NCBI RefSeq assembly: GCF_006345805.1
Contig: NW_021825316.1
Span: forward strand, 1 to 15,823
Direction of reading: 5' to 3'
Length of the DNA stretch: 15,823 bases
From: Octopus sinensis
Lineage: Eukaryota
The stretch's first letter is position 1; the number at the start of each line of letters is the position of its first letter. The notes beneath the pieces were generated by a model, which worked only from the letters and a program-made list of their open reading frames with translations, did not search any database and was not told the DNA's origin. Below are positions 8,865 to 15,823 of the stretch, piece after piece. The translations under genes and the position numbers were made by a program.

Positions 8865-9599
8865 TATATTCTTGTTGTTGAAACGTAAACAGAAATTAGT
8901 GAAGAAAAAAAAAAGAAGTTATGTAAATTTAAAATTGCCATTCGGTAAATGGAGCGAAAACTGGTAAGAAATCTTTGCTGTATTCGGGAGCACATCGTGA
9001 TAAAAATAGCGTTTTAATCTCGCTCAAATATGAATTAGGTTAGCAAAGATTATGAGCAATGGCATCCCTGACGACTAGAAAATAAAAGAAAGTAAGTGTG
9101 ACATTGAAGAAAATAGTCTTTGAAACATTATACTTCAATGGAACAGGAGAGTCACGGTAGTACTGTCATCATTTATAGGTTTGCCGGGTTGAAAGCAATT
9201 TGGAGGTGAACGCCTACTACCGAAACGATAATAACAACAACTACCACAACAACAACAATAACTGTAGCAATAATAACTACGACGATGACGCTGACAAGAA
9301 CAGCAAGATCTCAGGCAGAGAAGAAAATAAGGATGAACGTGTTAGGGCTTAGGTACCGGATTTTGGGTTTATTGGGGGGGGGGTCGGGTCTTATGACGTC
9401 AAACGGTAGATTATGTTAGGGGCCAGTGGAGAATTAGGAAGTTACACTCCTTTTTTTGTGGGTGGGGTATGCTTAGTAACATTTATTTCGATTCCATGTC
9501 AGCCCTTTCGAGATAGCCCCAAAAATAATTGTGTCACCTTTTCAGGACACACACACCACACACGTGTGCTGACTCACAGATGTATATGCGTGTGCTGTT

Positions 9600-9680
9600 A
9601 TCAATCTATCTGTCTGTTTCTCTATCTATTTCTCTCTCTATGTCTCTCTCTCTATATATATCTCTCTCTCTCTATATATA

Positions 9681-9731
<51 letters not shown>
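9600..9731. repeat. (CT)n/(TA)n compound microsatellite
   Basis: Directly visible. Confidence 0.95.
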
Positions 9732-9732
<1 letters not shown>

Positions 9733-9871
9733 GTAGTTGCTTACAAACTACATGGTTCCGGGTTCGGTCTCACTGCGTAGCACCTTGGGCAAATATCTCC
9801 TACTTTTGCCTCGGGCCAACCAAAGCCTTGTGAGTGGATTGGTAGACGGAAAACGAAAGAAGCCCGTCGTA

Positions 9872-9915
<44 letters not shown>

Positions 9916-10115
9916 TGTGTTTGTTCCCCCAACATCCCTTGACAACCGATGCTGGTGTGTTTACGTCCCCGTAATTTAGCGGCTCGGCAAAAGTGTCCGA
10001 TAGAATAAGTACTAGGCTTACAAAGAATAAGTCCTGGGGTCCATGTGATCGACTAAAAGGCGGTGCTCCAGCATGGTCACAGTCAAATGACTGAAAAAGT
10101 AAAAGCGTAAAAGAG
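9732..10115 (+). mobile_element. Family A SINE, lacking the extreme 5' end (A box)
   Basis: Begins agtagttgcttac...catggttccgggttcggtctcactgcg, long internal (TA)n, family A tail. Confidence 0.9.
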
Positions 10116-10341
10116 TATATATATTATATATATATATATATATTTATACTCATTCATACTTATACAATTGTGTTTGGGTATGCGTGTGTGCCTGTTGACA
10201 TCTGTATACATCAGTCTCGCATACTCCATGTGAAGTACAATTTTGAGACGTGATTAACAATCACGCGAAGTGAGTGGTGTATAGTTTGTGAATATTTAAG
10301 AACTTATAATATTTGGCCACGCCTAGCAAGTGTATACTCAG

Positions 10342-10348
10342 AGCGCGC

Positions 10349-10389
<41 letters not shown>

Positions 10390-10394
10390 CACAC
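10342..10394. repeat. (GC)n then (GCAC)n tetranucleotide microsatellite
   Basis: Directly visible. Confidence 0.93.
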
Positions 10395-10431
10395 AGAGTT
10401 ATTGATGATTGTGGGAATATCATTGCATATA

Positions 10432-10813
10432 CAGGAGTGGCTGTGTGGTAAGTAGGTTGCTTACCAACCACATGGTTCTGGGTTCAGTCCCACTGCGTGG
10501 CACCTTGGGCAAGTGTCTTCTGCTATAACCACGGGCCGACCAATGCCTTGTGAGTGGATTTGGTAGACGGAAACTGAAAGGAGCCCGTCGTATATATTTG
10601 TATATATATATGTTTGTGTGTCTGTGTTTGTCTCCCCAACATCGCTTGACAACCAATGTTGGTGTGTTTGCGTGCCCGTAACTTAGCGGTTCGGCAAAAG
10701 AGACGGATAAGATAAGTACTAGGCTTGCAAAGATTAAGTCCTGGGGTCGATTTTCTCGACTAAAGGCGTAGCTCCATCATGGCCGCAGTCAAATGACTGA
10801 AACAAATAAAAGA
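10432..10813 (+). mobile_element. Family A SINE, near full length
   Basis: caggagtggctgtgtggtaag head through gactgaaacaaataaaaga tail. Confidence 0.93.
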
Positions 10814-10924
10814 TTATATATCTGTGTGTGTGTGCGTGTATACATATATGTTTATATATAAATTTTACATAATTGTGTGTATATATAAATATATATATAT
10901 GTTGCAAGCAATAAAGATTGATAA

Positions 10925-11199
10925 GAAGGTAGGTATGTAGGGAGAGGGAGAGAGAGAGGGAGAGAAAGCGAAAGTGAGAGTGAGAGGCAAAGAGAGAGAG
11001 AAGGGGAGTTGAGACGTTGCAATGCTATGTTGAAATATTTGCACGCCACCAGTTATTTCCTCTTAGATGTGTTTGTAACAGTTAACACAATCGGTTACGC
11101 CCCAGCTGACCGAAATTAGCAAGGATTGGCACTATTTACATATATGAGAAAATATGTGTGTGTGTGTTGTGTGTGTGTGTGTGCGCGTGTGAGCGCGTT

Positions 11200-11232
<33 letters not shown>

Positions 11233-11250
11233 TATATATATATCATCTAT
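10925..11250. repeat. GA-rich tract (~10925-11010) and (TG)n/(TA)n microsatellites (~11155-11250)
   Basis: Directly visible, with a short unique spacer between the tracts. Confidence 0.85.
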
Positions 11251-11272
11251 ATAATACAAAGTTTAAAGATAC

Positions 11273-11857
11273 CTATTTCTTTACTACCCACAAGAGAGGA
11301 CAAAGAAGGACAGACAAATGGATTAAGTTGATTATATCGACCCCAGTGCGTAACTGGTACTTATTTAATCGACCCCGGAAGGATGAAAGGCAAAGTCGAC
11401 CTCGGCGGAATTTGAACTCAGAACATAGCGGCAGACGAAATAGCTATTTCTTTACTACTCACAAGGAACTAAACACAGAGAGGACAAACAAGGACAGACA
11501 AATGGATTAAGTCGATTATATCGACCCCAGTGCGTAACTGGTACTTATTTAATCGACCCCGGAAGGATGAAAAGCAAAGTCGACCTCGGCGGAATTTGAA
11601 CTCAGAACGTAGCGGCAGTCGAAATACCTATTTCTTTACTACCCACAAGGAGTAAACACAGAGGGGACAAACAAGGACAGACAAATGTATTAAGTCGAAT
11701 ATATCGACCCCAGTGCATAACTGGTACTTATTTAATCGACCCCGAAAAGATGAAAGGCAAAGTCGACCTCGCGGGATTTGAACTCAGAACGTAGCGGTAG
11801 ACAAAATACTGTTAAGCATTTCACCCAGCATGCTAATATTTCTGCCAGATCACCACC
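11273..11857 (-). mobile_element. Family B SINE array 3: head + 3 tandem bodies with a degenerate ~15-bp TSD
   Basis: Bodies at 11629-11811, 11445-11628 (184 bp) and 11274-11444 (171 bp); head ~11812-11857. Flanks aaagtttaaagatac (11258-11272) and aaggtgtaaagatac (11861-11875), 2 mismatches. Confidence 0.9.
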
Positions 11858-11931
11858 TTAAAGGTGTAAAGATACTGAAGAGTCAGTATACACCACGTGG
11901 CAATATTATGTATATATATATATGTATATAC

Positions 11932-12315
11932 GAGTGGCTGTGTGGTAAGTAGCTTGCTTACCAACCACATGGTTCCGAGTTCAGTCCCACTGCATGATAC
12001 CTTGGGCAAGTGTCTTCTACTATATAGCCTCGGGCCGACCAAAGACTTGTGAGTGGATTTGCTAGAGGGAAACTGAAAGAAGCCCGTCGTATATATATGT
12101 GTGTGTATGTGTGTGTGTGTGTTTGTGTGTCTGTGTTTGTTCCCCCAACATCGCTTGACAACCGATGCTGGTGTGTTTACGTCCCCGTAACCCAGCGGTT
12201 CGCCAAAAGGGATCGATAGAATAAGTACTAGGCCTACAAAGAATAAGTCGATTTGCTCGACTAAAGGCGGTGCTCCAGCATGGCCGCAATTAAATGACTG
12301 AAACAAGTAAAAGAG
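11932..12315 (+). mobile_element. Family A SINE, near full length
   Basis: gagtggctgtgtggtaag head, internal (TA)(TG)n, small deletion at gaataagtc^gatttgc, family A tail. Confidence 0.93.
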
Positions 12316-12449
12316 AATAAGTACCAAGCTATAAAAACAAATCAAAAGGCACTGGGGTCGATTGGTTCGTCAAAATATTCTTCAATGCGGTGCCCCAGCA
12401 TGGGCGCAACCTAATGGCTGAAACAAGTAACAGGTAAAAGATTAAAAAA
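12316..12449 (+). mobile_element. Diverged second SINE 3' tail related to family A
   Basis: aataagtacc...cactggggtcgattgg...gcggtgccccagcatgggcgcaacctaatggctgaaacaagtaa parallels the family A 3' module. Confidence 0.75.
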
Positions 12450-12774
12450 TTTTAAATATCCAATGTATTTCTTGGACTATATCAGCTAACGTGCACATTC
12501 TTTATATAACTCAACAGGGCATATTTTGAGGAAGGTTTTGGCTGCTATTTCCAGCTGCCCGAGCGAGGTACAAGGTTCCATGGCCTTGGTGTTGGTTGTA
12601 ATGAAGGTGAGGGTGTGAGGAGGAGGAAATAGATTGATTGGATATGTCACGTGCGCCGTGAAATTGCATCCAAAACTCTGTTCGGCGCCAATGGACGAAC
12701 TAACCGGATGTTAGTTTTACATTCCGTGTTTTTACAAACTACTGCCTGCTTCACACACACGTAAGTTTACATAC

Positions 12775-12967
12775 ATATAATTATATATATAACATATATA
12801 TATATATATATAATATTATATATATATATATGGTGTGTATATATGTATCTGTTTTTGTGTGCGTCTGTGTGTATATATATTTATATATGTGTATATGTAA
12901 TGTATATATATATATATATATGCATGTATATGTATGTATATATATATATATATATATGCATGTATAT

Positions 12968-12999
<32 letters not shown>

Positions 13000-13100
13000 G
13001 CATGTATATGTATGTGTATTATAATATATAGTATATATATATATATGCATGTATATGTATGTATATATATATATTATATATATATATGCATGTATATTAG

Positions 13101-13138
<38 letters not shown>

Positions 13139-13215
13139 TGTATATGTATATATATATATTATATGGCATGTAATTATATATATATATATATATATGCATG
13201 TATATGTATGTATAA

Positions 13216-13250
<35 letters not shown>

Positions 13251-13290
13251 CATGTATATGTATGTATATATATATATATATATATATATA
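12775..13290. repeat. (TA)n tract with a higher-order unit (TA)n-TGCATGTATATGTATG
   Basis: About 9 recurrences of gcatgta between 12921 and 13260, separated by TA runs of variable length. Confidence 0.95.
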
Positions 13291-13500
13291 GTTAAAACCC
13301 AAACAAAAAGCACAAAAAAAACACAACGCGAGGACGTGGAACAAATATAGTATTTTTGACGCTCAGGAAAGAAGGAAGGAGGTTTAACGTTTCGAGCGGA
13401 GCTCTTCGTCGGAAACATAGGAGAAGGAAAGATCCAGAGAAGGGAAGACAGAGAAAAAAAATCGCCAACGGTACACACGAAGTCACATTTTGAAAGACCG
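13291..13500 (-). mobile_element. ~210-bp non-autonomous Penelope-like element (solo pseudo-LTR-like) embedded in (TA)n
   Basis: Sharply bounded non-simple sequence between two TA runs, pyrimidine-rich on the minus strand, containing a minimal hammerhead motif. The Penelope assignment is inferred from that motif. Confidence 0.6.
13382..13416 (-). ncRNA. Minimal type I hammerhead ribozyme-like motif (variant core)
   Basis: Minus strand GUUU-CCGACGA-A-GAGC-UCC-GCUC-GAA-ACGU-U-AAAC: stem I GUUU/AAAC, core CUGANGA with U4>C, stem II GAGC/GCUC, GAAA, and palindromic ACGU stem III. Confidence 0.68.
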
Positions 13501-13659
13501 ATATATATATATATATATTAATATATATATATATATATATATATACAATATATACATACACCATATATATGCATAGTATGTATATCACATGAAGTATTTT
13601 ATAAGTACGTTACAACACGCAAGAAAAAAATACAGAAATTAGAATTTGAGATATATACT

Positions 13660-13692
<33 letters not shown>
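13501..13692. repeat. (TA)n (13501-~13580) and (GA)n (13662-13692) microsatellites
   Basis: Directly visible. Confidence 0.9.
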
Positions 13693-13694
<2 letters not shown>

Positions 13695-13696
<2 letters not shown>

Positions 13697-13990
13697 GTCG
13701 TATTGTTGTAGTCGAGGGTTCTTCGTTGACGCCCGACACCACTGGGAGGTGACCCTCGAAGTCCCTGGAAATGGAGATCTCCAGGTCCAAATTCTTGAAC
13801 GGCAACCCACAGAACGGACGCAGTGAAATCACCCTTACCCACCTTGTCGCTTAACAACAACAACAACAACAACAACAGCAGCAGCAACAGGAACAACATC
13901 AATAACAATGACATGAAGAACAACTGCAACAGCATAACAAAACAAGAAAAACAACCGCAGTAACAGCGACAACAACAACCAGCAGCAACA
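13695..13990 (+). mobile_element. Probable 5'-truncated retroposon 3' end followed by a long imperfect (AAC/AGC)n tail
   Basis: GC-rich structured segment (stems tcgagggt 13712-13719/accctcga 13752-13759 and cctgga/tccagg) runs directly into (AAC)n at 13853. The tail is certain; the element identity is inferred. Confidence 0.45.
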
Positions 13991-13992
13991 GT

Positions 13993-14420
13993 GGAGGCAC
14001 AATGGTCCAGTGGTTAGGGCAGCGGACTCGCGGTCGGAAGATCGCAGTTTCGATTCCCAGACCGGGCGTTGTGTGTGTTTATTGAGCGAAAACACCTAAA
14101 GCTCCACGAGGCTCCGGCAGGGGGTGGTGGCGACCCCTGTTGTATTCTTTCGCTCCAACTTTCTCTCACTCTTTCTACCTGTTTCTTGTCCCCGACAAGA
14201 GCCTGGATGCGCATTCATCCATCCGTCGATGCTCTCGGTGTCGGGGGGGGGGGTTGACCTGCTTTCTCTTCTGCGGGTCTTACGAATGTCAAAGGATCAC
14301 GTTTCGGACTTCTCCCACTACAGAGGCGCGATCTTGAGAGCTCTGGGACGAAGACCGCTACGCTCAACAGCAACAGCAACAACAACAACAACAATAATGA
14401 CAAAACAGTGACCACAACAA
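13993..14420 (+). mobile_element. tRNA-headed SINE (family D) with (AAC)n tail
   Basis: A box tggtccagtgg 14003-14013 and B box gtttcgattcc 14047-14057 at tRNA-like spacing, a central pyrimidine tract, a structured 3' region, then (AAC)n from ~14366. Confidence 0.82.
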
Positions 14421-15070
14421 CACTAATAAATCTGTGCAGAGATTCTACAGCAGTGTTACCGAAATGTGTCAAGGTTACTCCGAAGGGTGATTGAATGTGA
14501 CCTGCACTTTTAATAGTGAGTGTGTGGGGGCGAGCATGAGAATGTGATTGTGTTTCTGTAGAATTTATTTATTTTTTCGAGAAATGATTTTTTTTGCACA
14601 AAACATTGTAATTATAATTATGACAACACCCTGTCCATGTGTTCAGTTCATTCCCAAAGGCACTTGTGTACTACACCAGCGATAACAACTGCAGATAGTA
14701 CAGAGAGTCACGTAGGGTTCACGGAAAATACACTCGAAACCAGATGTTAATACCGCACCCATTACATCAGAACTACTGTGCTTCGCTATCGCAATAAGTC
14801 TGGAAACTAAAATTCATAAAATTAATCAATAACCTTATAAGCTAAAACATCGTAGCAGCTGCAGAAGTATTTTCAAACGGATGAAAGACATGCAACAGTG
14901 TTTGACCCGTTTGAAAATAGCACATGGCTCCTGTCGCTTCCTATGCTATGCCAGAGTCTGAAGATACAAGATTTTTTTTACTTCTTTTTGCATTCAGCCG
15001 GTTTATTTATAGTTTGCTCTGTTTGTTTTCTGCTCTCTAGTGTTTATCTTTGAGATGCAGGTTCTTTTAA

Positions 15071-15304
15071 CCCTTAGCCTGAGCGACTGGTTCATGTGAC
15101 AATAGGGCATGCCCACAGGTTTGTGAGCCTGTGGATCATATGTTAAGGGACCAACACTCCACCCTAATCACAAGAATATTTTCTACATAACTCCTTCCAA
15201 TTCATGTATAATTTAGCCAGAGGGCCATCTTCTGCTTTTGGCCTATAACTGAGGCACTTAACACGTACTTCTAGAAGGGACTTAAGAGCAGCAATTTCTA
15301 AGGG
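15071..15304. mobile_element. piggyBac-like MITE, copy 1 (TTAA|CCCTTAG...CTAAGGG|TTAA)
   Basis: TTAA at 15067-15070 and 15305-15308; CCC/GGG termini with a 7-bp inverted match. Short TIR limits confidence. Confidence 0.6.
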
Positions 15305-15443
15305 TTAACTCCATTTCCCCCCCCAAACTCCTCATCTCCCTATTTGCTAGCCTGACCACCGGAAACAGCTTATCACGCACGCGAGTAAAAGTTTAATATG
15401 ACGACAAAACGTTTTCGAATTTAAAATATTCTTAACCTCATAA

Positions 15444-15708
15444 CCCTTAGCCTGAGCGACTGGTTCATGTGACAACAGGGCATGCTCACAGGTTTGTGAG
15501 CCTGTGGATCATATGTTAAGGGACCAATTTTCGACCCTAATCACAGGAATATTTTCTACTATCTGACACACAACTGGGCCCAGACTTCCTTCAATTCTTG
15601 TATACTTTAGCCAGAGGGCCATTTTCTGCTTTTGGCCTGTAACTGAGGCACTTAACACATACTATCCACCCCGGCCAGAAGGGACTTAAGATCAGCGATT
15701 TCTAAGGG
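15444..15708. mobile_element. piggyBac-like MITE, copy 2
   Basis: Same termini (left flank ATAA, right flank TTAA) and homologous interior, with two extra segments relative to copy 1. Confidence 0.58.
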
Positions 15709-15823
15709 TTAACTCCATTTTCCCCCAAACTCCTGATCTCCCGATTTGGTAGCCTGACCACCGGAGACAGCTTGTCACGCACGCGAGTAAAAGTTTAATA
15801 TGACGACAAAACGTTTTCGAATT

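Larger units (their letters stand above)
15068..15823 (+). repeat. Direct tandem duplication of a ~370-400-bp unit, running off the window end
   Basis: 15068-~15421 aligns with 15441-15823 throughout; offset is 373 at the start and 402 at the end. Confidence 0.95.

Noticed and set aside
465-11857. Regularly spaced repeats suggestive of a CRISPR array
   Set aside because: The units are ~184 bp and repeated in full with no unique spacers; eukaryotic context and no cas genes.
5690-12345. Recurrent similar ORFs (e.g. RRASFSFRLPNPLTR..., PERMKGKVD...) resembling a gene family
   Set aside because: They are antisense read-throughs of SINE families A and B, with frames broken differently in each copy.
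1-13935. Many 60-180 aa ORFs rich in CV, HT, YI, poly-V/T/L/H
   Set aside because: They are translations of (TG)n, (CA)n, (TA)n and trinucleotide tracts, open in several frames on both strands, with no domain-like content.
13993-14070. Possible true tRNA gene (also 6268-6340)
   Set aside because: A and B boxes are present, but there is no complete cloverleaf acceptor stem and the sequence continues into a SINE body and tail.
14420-15065. Possible exon(s) after polypyrimidine-AG motifs (~14970-14997, ~15020-15040)
   Set aside because: No convincing ORF, donor site or recognisable peptide; it cannot be supported without RNA-seq.

Overview
Non-coding, repeat-saturated eukaryotic DNA. The SINE families and the density of microsatellites resemble Octopus (coleoid cephalopod) intronic or intergenic sequence; this is pattern recognition, not a database result. 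No intact protein-coding gene is supported. Almost all listed ORFs are read-throughs of microsatellites or SINEs. The window holds: about 9 copies or fragments of a ~400-bp tRNA-headed, CORE-like SINE with an internal microsatellite (family A); three arrays of a second SINE (family B), each built as one head plus tandem ~184-bp bodies; two further tRNA-headed SINEs; two remnants of a Tc1/mariner (maT-like) transposase; a 417-bp MITE with perfect 30-bp TIRs carrying TTAGGG repeats; a ~210-bp element in (TA)n carrying a Penelope-type minimal hammerhead ribozyme motif; and a tandemly duplicated piggyBac-like MITE plus flank. The most interesting signal is family B. All internal junctions fall at the same base, just 3' of the loop of the head hairpin, and whole trimers are bounded by a single target-site duplication. 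This suggests multimeric retrotransposition by repeated template jumping or a circular RNA template.
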